The notes: generated from the sequence alone by a model not told the origin. 24,000 nucleotides of DNA from an uncultured Bifidobacteriaceae bacterium (GCA_964442845.1 CAYUAX010000027.1:1-24000), one strand, 5' to 3'. Shown: positions 14,748-23,740, numbered from the stretch's first letter. A program made the numbers and translations.

Positions 14748-15268
14748 CACCGGCCGCCTTTCTTCGCGGCCGGCGCCGGCGACGCGCCCGCCGGCGCGGT
14801 GGTGGCCCGCGACGTGGCCGCGGACAGCAGCCCCGGCCAGTTGGCGTGCCCCTTGGCGATGTTGCCGTCGCGATCGAGCCGCCAGCGCGCCTGCACGAAC
14901 GACGAGTAGTTCACGTAGAGCTTGCCGTTGACCACGGCGAACGCCTCGGGGTCGATGTCGGCGGTGTAGTTGCGGCTCACCGCCCAGGCGCAGTAGCCGC
15001 CGAACTGCGGGGCGTACTGCTCGGGCGCCTTGGCGAAGCGGTCGCGGTTGGCGGCGCTGGCGAAGCGCCAGCGGGCGCCGCTCCAGGCGTGCTCGAACTG
15101 CGCCGTCCCGGCCACGGCGCGGCCCTCGGTGAAGTAGGCCACCGCGTCGTAGCCGTGCAGGGCCAGGCCCTGCGCGTCGACGTTCACCGGGGTGGCGGGC
15201 GGGCCCTGGGCGGCCAGACCGCCCACGAGCACGAATCCCATCAATGCTGTCAGTAGTCCTCGCCGCAT
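14747..15268 (-). CDS. Secreted YHS-domain protein (Cys form of the YHS-domain (seleno)protein family)
   Basis: AAGGAGAG RBS about 10 nt before ATG 15268. Signal [22 protein letters not shown]. Family pattern: [11 protein letters not shown]...G......[34 protein letters not shown]...[15 protein letters not shown]. Confidence 0.75.
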   Translation of the reverse strand: MRRGLLTALMGFVLVGGLAAQGPPATPVNVDAQGLALHGYDAVAYFTEGRAVAGTAQFEHAWSGARWRFASAANRDRFAKAPEQYAPQFGGYCAWAVSRNYTADIDPEAFAVVNGKLYVNYSSFVQARWRLDRDGNIAKGHANWPGLLSAATSRATTAPAGASPAPAAKKGGR

Positions 15269-15296
15269 GGCCGTCACTCTCCTTCGCCGCCTCTGA

Positions 15297-15325
15297 TGTC
15301 CAGACGGTCGTCGGGTGTCTGGACA
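15297..15325. promoter_or_regulatory. 9-bp inverted repeat TGTCCAGAC-N11-GTCTGGACA in the divergent promoter region between the YHS operon and the GH63 gene; candidate operator
   Basis: Perfect reverse-complement arms at 15297-15305 and 15317-15325. They lie 29 nt upstream of the YHS ATG and 31 nt upstream of the GH63 ATG. Confidence 0.3.
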
Positions 15326-15355
15326 CGGAGCCCGGCCGCCGGCATCTGAGGCCGC

Positions 15356-18079
15356 ATGACGCCCGAACATCTGCGGCTCGAGGACGACGCCGCCCGCACC
15401 CGCCACTGGAAGCGTTGGGGCCCGTACGTGAGCGATCGCGCCTGGGGCACGGTGCGCGAGGACTACAGCCCGCACGGCACCGCGTGGGACTACTTCCCGC
15501 ACGACCACGCCCGCTCGCGCGCCTACCGCTGGAACGAGGACGGCCTGCTGGCGATCAGCGATCGCCACCAGCGCATCTGCTTCGGGCTGGCGCTGTGGAA
15601 CGGCCGCGATCCGATCCTGAAGGAGCGGCTGTTCGGCCTCACCGGCAGCGAAGGCAACCACGGCGAGGACGTCAAGGAGTACTACTTCTACCTGGACAGC
15701 ACGCCGACGCATTCCTACATGCGGGCGCTTTACAAGTACCCGCAGGCGGCGTTCCCGTATCGGCAGCTGGTCGACGAGAACGCCCGGCGCGGCCGCCAGG
15801 CCCCCGAGTTCGAGCTCGTCCACACCGGCGTCTTCGCCGAGTCACGCTACTTCGACGTCCAGGTCGAGTACGCCAAGGCCGACACCGACGACTTGCTGGT
15901 CCGCATCGCGGTCACCAATCGCGGCCCCGACGACGCGTCGCTGCGGCTGTTGCCCACGGTGTGGTTCCGCAACACGTGGGCCTGGGATCCCGGCGGCATC
16001 AAGCCGGTGCTGCGCGCCGACGGCCCTGGCGTCATCCGCCTGGACGAGCCGAGCTACGGCACCCGGTGGCTCTACTGCGACGGCGCCGACCGGCTGCTCT
16101 TCACCGAGAACGACACCAACACGGCGCGGCTGTTCGGCACGCCCAACGCCGGCTACGTCAAGGACGGCATCAACGACTGCGTGGTCGACGGGCGCACCGA
16201 GGCGGTGAATCCGGCGGGCGTCGGCACCAAGGCCGCCGCCGACTACGCCCTCGACGTGCCGGCCGGGGCCACGCGCGTGGTCCGCCTGCGGCTCACCGAT
16301 CGATCGCTCGAGCGGCTGCCGGCGGGCCCGTTCGGCCCGGCGTTCGACCAGACCATGGCGCGGCGGCTGCAGGAGGCCGACGACTTCTACGCCGAGGTGA
16401 TTCCCGCCACGCTCGGCGCCGACGAACGGCGCGTGATGCGCCAGGCGCTGGCCGGCGTGCTGTGGTCCAAGCAGTACTACCACTACGTGGTGCGCTACTG
16501 GCTGCAGGGCGACCCGGCGCAGCCGCCGCCGCCCGACGCCCGCCAGCAGGGCCGCAACCGCGAGTGGCCGCACCTCTACAACGCCGACGTCATCTCGATG
16601 CCCGACAAGTGGGAGTACCCCTGGTACGCGGCCTGGGACCTGGCCTTCCACTGCCTGGCGCTGGCACTGGTCGATGCGCAGTTCGCCAAGGACCAGCTCG
16701 TGCTGATGCTGCGCGAGTGGTACATGCACCCCAACGGCCAGCTCCCCGCCTACGAGTGGGCGTTCGGCGACGTCAACCCGCCGGTGCACGCCTGGGCGGC
16801 GTGGCGGGTCTACAAGATCGACAAGAAGCGCACCGGCACCGGCGATCGCGTGTTCCTCGAACGCGTCTTCCAGAAGCTGCTGCTCAACTTCACGTGGTGG
16901 GTCAACCGGAAGGACGCCGAGGGTCGCAACGTCTTCCAGGGCGGCTTCCTGGGTCTGGACAACATCGGCGTCTTCGACCGCAGCGCCGCGCTGCCCACCG
17001 GCGGACACCTCGAGCAGAGCGACGGCACCAGCTGGATGGCGATGTACTGCCTGAACATGCTGGCCATCGCCATGGAACTGGCCGCCGACAACCCGGCCTA
17101 CGAAGACACGGCGAGCAAGTTCTGGGAGCACTTCCTCTACATCGCCCATGCGATGGGCACGCACGGCGAGGAGGGCGGGGATCTCTGGGACGAGGCCGAC
17201 GGCTTCTTCTATGACGTGCTGCACCGGCCCGACGGCGACAAACAGCCGCTCAAAGTGCGCTCGATGGTCGGCCTGATTCCGCTCTTCGCGGTGGAGACGC
17301 TCGAACCGGAGCTGCTCGACAAGCTGCCCGGCTTCGCCCGCCGCCTCGAGTGGTTCATCGACCATCGGCCCGACCTGACGCGCCACACCGCCTGCATGCG
17401 CAGCCCCGGCCGCGGCGAGCGGCGCCTGCTCTCCGTCGTCGATCGCGATCGGCTGCGCCGTGTGCTGCAGGTGATGCTCGACGAGGAGGAGTTCCTGTCG
17501 CCGTTCGGCGTCCGCGCGCTCTCGCGCAAGCATCGCGACGAGCCGTATTCGCTGATCGTCGACGGGCACGAGCATCGCGTGAGCTACGAGCCGGCCGAGT
17601 CGTCGACCGGGCTGTTCGGCGGCAACTCCAACTGGCGCGGGCCGATCTGGTTCCCGGTGAACTTCCTGTTGGTGGAGTCGCTGCAGAAGTTCCACCACTA
17701 CCTGGGCGACGACTTCACCGTCGAGTGCCCCACCGGCTCGGGCCGGATGCTGACGCTGTGGCAGGTGGCCGAGGAGATCGCCGGCCGCCTCACCGCGATC
17801 TTCCTGCGCGATGCCGACGGACGACGGCCGGTGTTCGGCGAGGAGCGGCTCTTCCAGGGCGATCCGCACTGGCGCGACCTGGTGCCGTTCCACGAGTACT
17901 TCCACGGCGACACCGGCGCCGGCGTGGGTGCCAGCCATCAAACCGGCTGGACGGCGCTGGTCGCCAAACTGCTGCAGCAGCGCGGCCAGCACGTGGCGCG
18001 CGCGGCCGGCGACGACGCGGCTATGCGTGGCGCCCCTCGGGAGGCCGCGGCCGCGGCGGCCGCGTTCAAACGCGCATGA
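15356..18079 (+). CDS. GH63-like (MGH1-like) glycoside hydrolase / glucosidase
   Basis: 907 aa with clean GC3. N-terminal [42 protein letters not shown] and a C-terminal (alpha/alpha)6-type region with [30 protein letters not shown] and GTSWMAMY are typical of this family. Confidence 0.85.
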   Translation: MTPEHLRLEDDAARTRHWKRWGPYVSDRAWGTVREDYSPHGTAWDYFPHDHARSRAYRWNEDGLLAISDRHQRICFGLALWNGRDPILKERLFGLTGSEGNHGEDVKEYYFYLDSTPTHSYMRALYKYPQAAFPYRQLVDENARRGRQAPEFELVHTGVFAESRYFDVQVEYAKADTDDLLVRIAVTNRGPDDASLRLLPTVWFRNTWAWDPGGIKPVLRADGPGVIRLDEPSYGTRWLYCDGADRLLFTENDTNTARLFGTPNAGYVKDGINDCVVDGRTEAVNPAGVGTKAAADYALDVPAGATRVVRLRLTDRSLERLPAGPFGPAFDQTMARRLQEADDFYAEVIPATLGADERRVMRQALAGVLWSKQYYHYVVRYWLQGDPAQPPPPDARQQGRNREWPHLYNADVISMPDKWEYPWYAAWDLAFHCLALALVDAQFAKDQLVLMLREWYMHPNGQLPAYEWAFGDVNPPVHAWAAWRVYKIDKKRTGTGDRVFLERVFQKLLLNFTWWVNRKDAEGRNVFQGGFLGLDNIGVFDRSAALPTGGHLEQSDGTSWMAMYCLNMLAIAMELAADNPAYEDTASKFWEHFLYIAHAMGTHGEEGGDLWDEADGFFYDVLHRPDGDKQPLKVRSMVGLIPLFAVETLEPELLDKLPGFARRLEWFIDHRPDLTRHTACMRSPGRGERRLLSVVDRDRLRRVLQVMLDEEEFLSPFGVRALSRKHRDEPYSLIVDGHEHRVSYEPAESSTGLFGGNSNWRGPIWFPVNFLLVESLQKFHHYLGDDFTVECPTGSGRMLTLWQVAEEIAGRLTAIFLRDADGRRPVFGEERLFQGDPHWRDLVPFHEYFHGDTGAGVGASHQTGWTALVAKLLQQRGQHVARAAGDDAAMRGAPREAAAAAAAFKRA

Positions 18080-18095
18080 TAAACTCGCGCGCTCG

Positions 18096-18731
18096 ATGGC
18101 TGTCGCGCCCGATTCCGAAGAGGCCGCCGAAGCGGCGCTGCTCGCCGGGCTGCGCGCCGGCTCGGATGCGGCGTACGAATCGCTGGTGCGGGCCAACTCG
18201 TCCCGCCTGCTGACCGTGGCCCGGCGCATCCTCGGCTCCGAAGACGACGCCCGCGACGCCCTGCAGGAGGCGTTCATCTCGGCCTTCCGCGCGCTGCCGC
18301 GCTTCGAGGGCCAGGCCCGGCTCTCCACGTGGCTGCACCGCATCGTCGTCAACACCGCGTTGATGAAGCTGCGCAGCCGCAAGCGCCGCCCCGAAGAGCC
18401 GATCGAGTCGATGCTGCCGGGCTACAAGGACGACGGACACCAGCACATCGAGCCCGTGGAGTGGTCGGACGGCGCCGACGTGGCCCTGGAGCGGGCCGAG
18501 ACCCGCGCCTACGTCCGTGCACAAATCGACAGACTGCCGGAGAACTACCGTACCGTCCTGCTGCTGCGCGACATCGAAGAGATGAGCACCCCGGAAGCGG
18601 CCGCCGCGCTGGGCATCACCGAGAACGCCGTGAAGATTCGACTCCACCGCGCCCGTCAGGCCCTGCGCGCGCTGCTCGACCAGCGGCTGCGGGGCTCGTC
18701 CGCCGCGGACGCGGAAAGGACGCCGTCGTGA
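18096..18731 (+). CDS. ECF (sigma-70 group IV) RNA polymerase sigma factor, paralog 1
   Basis: Sigma-2 region DARDALQEAFISAFRALPRFEGQARLSTWLHRIVVNTALMKLRSRKRR. Sigma-4 region LPENYRTVLLLRDIEEMSTPEAAAALGITENAVKIRLHRARQALR. The ATG is 16 nt after the GH63 stop. Confidence 0.9.
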   Translation: MAVAPDSEEAAEAALLAGLRAGSDAAYESLVRANSSRLLTVARRILGSEDDARDALQEAFISAFRALPRFEGQARLSTWLHRIVVNTALMKLRSRKRRPEEPIESMLPGYKDDGHQHIEPVEWSDGADVALERAETRAYVRAQIDRLPENYRTVLLLRDIEEMSTPEAAAALGITENAVKIRLHRARQALRALLDQRLRGSSAADAERTPS

Positions 18732-18976
18732 CCTGTCGTGAGTTCGCCGAATTCATCATGGAGTATCTCGACGGCGAGCTGGCCGGCGACGTGGCCGCGC
18801 CGTTCGAACGTCACATCTCGCGCTGTCCGGCCTGCGACCGCTACCTGCGGCAGTACAAGGCGACGGTCGCCGCGGGCCATGCGGCGTTCCACAAATGCGG
18901 CGACGGCGAGCTCCCCGACGACGTGCCCGAGGAGCTGATTACCGCGATTCTCGAGAGCCGCCGGCGCGTGCAGTGA
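18728..18976 (+). CDS. Small soluble zinc-binding anti-sigma factor (ZAS, RsrA-like, zf-HC2)
   Basis: GTG start overlaps the sigma stop (GTGA). VTCREFAEFIMEYLDGEL...FERHISRCPACDRYL gives the C-x26-HxxxCxxC ZAS signature. 82 aa with no TM segment. Confidence 0.75.
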   Translation: MTCREFAEFIMEYLDGELAGDVAAPFERHISRCPACDRYLRQYKATVAAGHAAFHKCGDGELPDDVPEELITAILESRRRVQ

Positions 18977-20839
18977 CCGCCGGCCGCCGGTAGGGCGCCA
19001 GTTCACGCTCGATCGGCAGGAACACGTCCCACCCCGATCCATCCGCCTTCAGCGCGTCCAGATACCGGGCCACGTCCCCCGCCTCGCCGAGCCCGGCGGC
19101 CACCAACGCGAACTCGAACGGCGACACGTAGCGGGCGGCCGCGGTCTGCGTCAGTTCGGCCAGCAGCGTGCGCGCTCCGGCCACGTCGCCGTCGAGGGCC
19201 AGTGAGTAGGCGGTGTAGGCCTTGACGTAGGTGCGGCCGCCGGCCCGCGGCCCGGCCTCGCGCACCGCGGCGCGGGCCGCCTCGGCCTGGCCGAGCGCGC
19301 GATAGGTCTGGGCCTTGCCGATCCACGCCGAGGCGTACTCCGGCGCGCCTTCGAGTGCGCGATCGAACTCGCGCAGCGCCTCGTCGTAGTGGCCGGCGTA
19401 ATAGAGGCGATAGGCGACCGTCGTCCCCGACGCCGGCGAGAGCGGATCCAGTTGCAGGGCGCGGCGGGCTGCGGTGACGGCGTCGTCGGCCCGGCCGGTG
19501 ACGACCAGCACGGTGGAGAGATAGCGGTGCGCCAGCGCGTCGCTGGGGTTGAGGGCGATGGCGTGGCGGATGTCGTCCTCGGCGCCGGCGGCGTCGTGGG
19601 CCCAGAGCCGGCACAGGCCGCGCACCGCGTAGCCGTCGGGCAGCTTGGGGTCGAGCTCGATCGCCCGTTTGGCGGCCTCCAGGGCCTTGGGCCACACCTG
19701 GCTGGGCCGCTCGAACTCCCAACCTGGTCCGGCTGTCACCAGGTACACGTCGGCGAGGCCGGCATGCGCCGGCGCGTAGGTGGGGTCGAGGGTCACCGCC
19801 CGCTCGAAGTAGGCGCGGGCCTTGTCGAGCGACGCCGCGGTGGCCTGATTGCGCAGCGCGCGGCCGCGCAGCGTGGCGTCGTAGGCTTCGGCCGACGGCA
19901 TGTGCTGCACCGGCGTGACCCGCAGCACCGACATGGCCAGCGAGTCGGCGACGCGCATCGCGACGTCGCGCTGGGTGAGCAGCACGTCGCGCACGTCGTG
20001 GTCGTAGCTTTCGGCCCAGAGCTGCGTCTGGGTCGTCACGTCGATGAGCTGCGCGGTGACGCGCACCTGCTCGCCGGCGCGGCGGATGCTGCCCTCGAGC
20101 ACGTACTGGACGCCGAGCGCGCGGCCGATCTCGTCCACGCTCTGCCGGGTGTCGCGGTAGCGGGCCACGGTGGTGCGGGCGATGACGCCCAGCGCGTCGG
20201 GATTCAGCCCGCCGAGCTGCGCGATCAGCTCGTCGGTGAAGCCGTCGCTGAAGTAGTCCTGGTCGGAGGAGCCGCTCAGGTTCTCGAACGGCAGCACCGC
20301 GATCATCGCCCGGCCGCCCTGGCCGGCGACGAACCACCGCGGCGGGCCGCTGCGCAGGACGACGGCGGTGAGCACGCCGAGCGCGATCACGCCGGCAACG
20401 GCTGCCCAGGTCCAGGCACGCAGTGACCGGGCCGCCGGAAGCGGGGGGGCGGTGCTGGCGCGGGCAGCGCCGGGGCGATTTGAGGTGGCGGCAGCGCCGT
20501 GAGCCGCTGCACCGGCGCGATGAAGCGGTAGCCGCGGCGGGGCATCGTCTGGATGAAGCGCGGGTTCTCGGCGGTGTCGCCCAGCGCGTCGCGCAGGCGG
20601 TTCATGGCCGCGTTGAGGCCGTGGTCGAAGTCCACGAAGGTGTCGGCCGTCCACAGGTGGGCACGCAGCTCGTCGCGCGTCACCAGGTCGCCGGGGCGTT
20701 CGAGCAGGTAGACCAGGATGTCGAACGGCTTGCCGCGCAGGCGCACCGTCGTGCCGCCCTTGGTGAGCGCCGCGGCCGCACATTCCACCTCGAAGACCCC
20801 GAAGCGGTAGCCCCGGGCGGCGGCGGGATCCTGGCTCAT
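18939..20839 (-). pseudogene. Frameshifted CadC/OmpR-type winged-helix - TM - TolB-like - TPR transcriptional regulator
   Basis: The wHTH domain (MSQDPAAARGYRFGVFEV...LRGKPFDILVYLLERPGDLVTRDELRAHLW...RRGYRFIAPV) is in frame 20839..20387. The TM segment (WAAVAGVIALGVLTAVVL), the TolB-like IAVLPFENLSGSSDQDYFSDGFTDELI and the TPRs are in the frame of ORF 18939..20951. The span length is 1901 nt (2 mod 3). A G7/C7 run at 20443-20449 lies exactly in the switch zone. Confidence 0.7.
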
Positions 20840-21028
20840 GGTTGCCCGGTCGGATGCCGGGCGCGCCGGCGGGGTTTCGGGCGGCGCTGAGACGCGGCTG
20901 CAACTGACTGAAAGGGCGGGACTTCACGAATGAGGTCGGGCTGAGCGACATGTGCGCGCGGCGTGCGCCATTTCGCGTACCTGCGGCCGTAGGGGTGGGC
21001 GTCGAACCGGCGACCGAGGGAGACCCCG

Positions 21029-21646
21029 ATGAGCCACGACATCATGCCCGCCGCCGCCGACAGCCCGTGGAACGAACAGCAGGTCCTCGACGGCATGCGC
21101 CGCGGCGACGACGAGGCCTACGAGCAGGTGTTCCGGCGCTACGGCGGCCGCATGCTGGCCACGGCGCGCCGTCTGCTGGGCAACGACGAGGACGCCCGCG
21201 ACGCCGTCCAGGAGGCGATGCTGTCGGCGTTCCGCGCCGTCGGCCGCTTCGAGGGCGGGGCGCAGATCGGCACGTGGCTCCACCGCATCGTGGTCAACGC
21301 GGCGCTGATGCGGATGCGATCGAAGCGTCGCAAGCCCGAGGCGTCGATCGAGGACCTGCTGCCCGACTACCAGGGCGACGGGCATCGGCTGCTGAAGGCC
21401 GAGGGCGACCCCTATCCCGATCAGCTCGTCGAGCGCGACCAGCTGCTGGCGCTGCTCAGGTCGTGCGTGCCGGAGCTGCCGGACGGCTACCGCCAGGTGT
21501 ACCTGCTGCGGGATGTCGAGGAGATGTCGAACGAGGAGGTCGCGCTGGCCATGGGCCTGACCCCGAACGCGGTGAAGATCCGTCTCCACCGCGCCCGTCA
21601 GGCGCTGATGACCCTGGTGCAGCAGCGCTACACCCGCCATTTGTAA
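21029..21646 (+). CDS. ECF RNA polymerase sigma factor, paralog 2 (no adjacent anti-sigma)
   Basis: GAGGGAG RBS. DARDAVQEAMLSAFRAVGRFEGGAQIGTWLHRIVVNAALMRMRSKRRKPEASIEDLLPDY and LPDGYRQVYLLRDVEEMSNEEVALAMGLTPNAVKIRLHRARQAL are colinear with paralog 1, at roughly half identity by eye. Confidence 0.9.
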   Translation: MSHDIMPAAADSPWNEQQVLDGMRRGDDEAYEQVFRRYGGRMLATARRLLGNDEDARDAVQEAMLSAFRAVGRFEGGAQIGTWLHRIVVNAALMRMRSKRRKPEASIEDLLPDYQGDGHRLLKAEGDPYPDQLVERDQLLALLRSCVPELPDGYRQVYLLRDVEEMSNEEVALAMGLTPNAVKIRLHRARQALMTLVQQRYTRHL

Positions 21647-21651
21647 CCGGT

Positions 21652-21720
21652 TGTAATCTGCTCTGAGTCACTGACTCGAAGTCACCGACTCAGAGTCACT
21701 GACTCGGAGTCGGCCGGGGC
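21652..21720. repeat. Intergenic modular palindromic element, copy C: left arm TGTAATCTGCTCT, then 14-bp units GAGTCACTGACTCG, AAGTCACCGACTCA, GAGTCACTGACTCG and a partial GAGTCGGCC
   Basis: The left arm matches copy A 12/13. There are three full 14-bp units at 21665-21706 plus a partial unit running into a GC-rich imperfect hairpin (GTCGGCC..GGCCCGAC). It lies between convergent stops at 21646 and 21726. Confidence 0.8.
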
Positions 21721-21725
21721 CCGAC

Positions 21726-22493
21726 CTATTGCTCCTGGTAGAACCAGGTCAGGCCGCCATCCACGACGTAGGTCGACCCGGTCACGTAGGCGGCTTCGTC
21801 CGACGCCAGGAACACGGCCACGCCGGTGACGTCGTCGGTCGAGCCGAGCCGGGCGAGCGGGATCTGCTCGGTGAGCGAGCGCAGCTTGACCGGGTCGTTG
21901 AGCAGCGCCGTGTTGATGGGCGTGGCGATGGCCCCCGGCGCGACGGAGTTGACGGTGATGCCGAGCGGACCGAGCTCCACCGCCAGGTTGCGCGTCAGCA
22001 TCTTCAGCCCGCCCTTCGACGCGCAATAGGCGGCGAAGTTCGGAAACGGCAGCTCCTCGTGCACCGAGCTGATGTTGACGATGCGCCCCGGCCGGCCGCC
22101 GTCGCGCAGGTGCCGCACCATCGCCTGCGTGGCGAAGAACGGGCCCTTGAGGTTGACGTCGAGCACCTTGTCGTAGTCGGCCTCGGCCACGTCCCAGAAC
22201 GGCGCGTGCGTCTCGACACCGGCGTTGTTCACCAGGATGTCGAGGCGCCCCATCGCGGCGACGGCTTCGGCGATCAGGCGCTGCACCTCGGCCACCCGCG
22301 ATACGTCGGCCTGGATGGCCACCGCACGCACGCCCGAGGCCCGCGCCGCCTGCGCCACCTCCTCGGCCATCGTCGGGCCGGAGCGGTAGTTCACCACCAC
22401 GTCGGCGCCCTCGCGCGCGAACCGCTCGACGATCGCCCGGCCGATGCCCTGCGCGCCGCCGGTCACCAACGCCACTTTGCCCTGCAGTCTCAC
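21726..22493 (-). CDS. Short-chain dehydrogenase/reductase (classical SDR, glucose 1-dehydrogenase-like)
   Basis: TGGAQGIGRA Rossmann motif, NNAG, S...YCASKGG (YxxxK), PGAIATP. Confidence 0.9.
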   Translation of the reverse strand: MRLQGKVALVTGGAQGIGRAIVERFAREGADVVVNYRSGPTMAEEVAQAARASGVRAVAIQADVSRVAEVQRLIAEAVAAMGRLDILVNNAGVETHAPFWDVAEADYDKVLDVNLKGPFFATQAMVRHLRDGGRPGRIVNISSVHEELPFPNFAAYCASKGGLKMLTRNLAVELGPLGITVNSVAPGAIATPINTALLNDPVKLRSLTEQIPLARLGSTDDVTGVAVFLASDEAAYVTGSTYVVDGGLTWFYQEQ

Positions 22494-22497
22494 GATG

Positions 22498-23241
22498 TCA
22501 CCTCAGATGGCGGCCGCCATCCACGCGGATGGTCTCGCCGGTGATGAAGTCGGTCTCGATCAAGGCCAGGACGGCCTTGACGATCTCCTGCTCGCCGCCC
22601 CACCGCCCCAGCGGGGTGGCCGCGGCCACTTCGGCCTGCTCGTCGGCGGTCATGTCGGGCGGGGCGAGAATCGGCCCCGGCGCGATGGCGTTGACCAGGA
22701 TGTCGGCCGGCGCCAGTTCCAGCGCCAGCGCCTCGGTCAGCGCGATCACCCCGGCCTTGGCCACGTAGTAGGCGACGAAGTCCGGATAGTGCGGCCGGCC
22801 GCTGCGCGCCAGCCAGTCGGCGAAGTTGACGATGCGTCCGCCCTCGCCGCGCCGGCGCATCTCGCGCGACGCCGCCTGGCTGCACACGAATGCCGACTTC
22901 AGATTGACAGCGAGGTTGCGGTCCCACGCCGATTCGGTGAGCGTTTCGAGCGGCTCCGGTCCATAGACCGACGCCATGTTGATCACGACGTCGAGGCGGC
23001 CGAGCGCGGCCACCGTGCCGGCGACCAGCGCCTCGCACTCGGCGGCCTTCGACACGTCGGCCTGCAGCGCCACGCCGCGACGGCCCTGCGCCACCGCGTC
23101 GGCGATGCCCTGCTCGGCTTCGCCCTTCGATCCGCGATAGGCCAGGGCGATGTGGGCCCCGCGGGCGGCCAGTTCGTGGGCAACGGCCAGGCCGATCCGG
23201 CGTCCGCCGGTGATGAGCACGACTTTGTCGGTGAGGGTCAT
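22498..23241 (-). CDS. Short-chain dehydrogenase/reductase family oxidoreductase
   Basis: Start at ATG 23241 (MTLTDKVVLITGGRRIGLAVA). YYVAKAG (YxxxK), NAIAPGPI. Its stop is 4 nt before the next SDR's ATG, so the two form an operon. Confidence 0.85.
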   Translation of the reverse strand: MTLTDKVVLITGGRRIGLAVAHELAARGAHIALAYRGSKGEAEQGIADAVAQGRRGVALQADVSKAAECEALVAGTVAALGRLDVVINMASVYGPEPLETLTESAWDRNLAVNLKSAFVCSQAASREMRRRGEGGRIVNFADWLARSGRPHYPDFVAYYVAKAGVIALTEALALELAPADILVNAIAPGPILAPPDMTADEQAEVAAATPLGRWGGEQEIVKAVLALIETDFITGETIRVDGGRHLR

Positions 23242-23324
23242 GGTGGCTCTGATGAAGGGACGACGGCGGCGTTTCGTCGATCGCAACGCCGAAACAGGCG
23301 CGGCGTGACGGCATCGAAGTCGTC

Positions 23325-23603
23325 GTGCGCGAGGACCTGGCCCGCATTGTCGTCTGGATTGCCGGCACTTATCTGACGCTCGGCCTGCTCTTCGCGGTGC
23401 CGTTCGTGCTGCGCGGCGTGCAACGGATCGATCCGGTGGCGCGCGAGGGCACCTGGGGCTTCCGCGCGATCATCGTGCCGGGCGTGACGCTGTGCTGGCC
23501 GTTGCTGGCACGACGCTGGGCCGTCGGCGCGGTCCACGCGCCCACCGAACACACCGCCCATCGCCGGCGCGCCGCCGCTCGCGGCCAGGAGGCGTCCGCA
23601 TGA
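23325..23603 (+). CDS. Small hypothetical membrane protein (2 predicted TM segments)
   Basis: GTG start, good GC3. Hydrophobic segments IVVWIAGTYLTLGLLFAVPFVL and AIIVPGVTLCWPLLA. Its stop overlaps the next ATG (ATGA). Confidence 0.45.
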   Translation: MREDLARIVVWIAGTYLTLGLLFAVPFVLRGVQRIDPVAREGTWGFRAIIVPGVTLCWPLLARRWAVGAVHAPTEHTAHRRRAAARGQEASA

Positions 23604-23740
23604 TCCGACCGCTGCGCCGCGCGCATCGCGCCGCCATGCTGCTGCTGGCTGTGGCGCTGCCGGCGCTGCTGCTTGCCGCCGTGCTGCTCCGCGCGGCGCC
23701 GCCGGCGCAACGTCCGTGGCCACTCGCGGTGATGCGATGA
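23600..23740 (+). CDS. Very small hypothetical single-TM protein (46 aa)
   Basis: AGGAGG (23587-23592) 7 nt before ATG 23600. MIRPLRRAHRAAMLLLAVALPALLLAAVLL. ATGA overlaps at both ends couple it to the flanking ORFs. Confidence 0.35.
   Translation: MIRPLRRAHRAAMLLLAVALPALLLAAVLLRAAPPAQRPWPLAVMR

Noticed and set aside
14981-15004. Possible selenocysteine recoding in the YHS-domain protein
   Set aside because: The GGYCAW cysteine is encoded by TGC (plus strand GCA at the corresponding position), not TGA. There is no in-frame UGA, so this is the Cys form.
14748-15326. Reading 14379-15326 as a single 315-aa protein
   Set aside because: Only the last 122 codons form the DoxX protein. The upstream part is an alternative frame of the YHS gene, and it translates to Arg/Gly/Pro junk.
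15842-18382. 846-aa minus-strand ORF opposite the GH63-like gene and sigma gene
   Set aside because: Antisense shadow ORF with no recognisable domains. The plus-strand frames have strong family signatures.
20840-20951. Start of track ORF 18939-20951 as the true start of the TPR regulator
   Set aside because: Its first ~165 residues are Arg/Pro-rich nonsense, while a perfect wHTH domain lies in another frame over the same DNA. I interpret this as a frameshifted gene instead.
20881-21028. ECF-type promoter (GGAAC-like -35 / GTT- or CGTC-like -10) upstream of sigma paralog 2
   Set aside because: I saw AT-richer sequence (TGCAACTGACTGAAAGGGCGGGACTTCACGAATGAGG) but no convincing spaced -35/-10 pair, and nothing shared with the region upstream of paralog 1.
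20924-21666. 238-aa ORFs on both strands overlapping sigma paralog 2
   Set aside because: Off-frame and antisense shadows. The 21029-21646 frame has unambiguous sigma-2 and sigma-4 motifs.
21652-21720. Tandem 14-bp repeats as a CRISPR array
   Set aside because: The units are directly abutting with no spacers, are only 14 bp long, and no cas genes are present.
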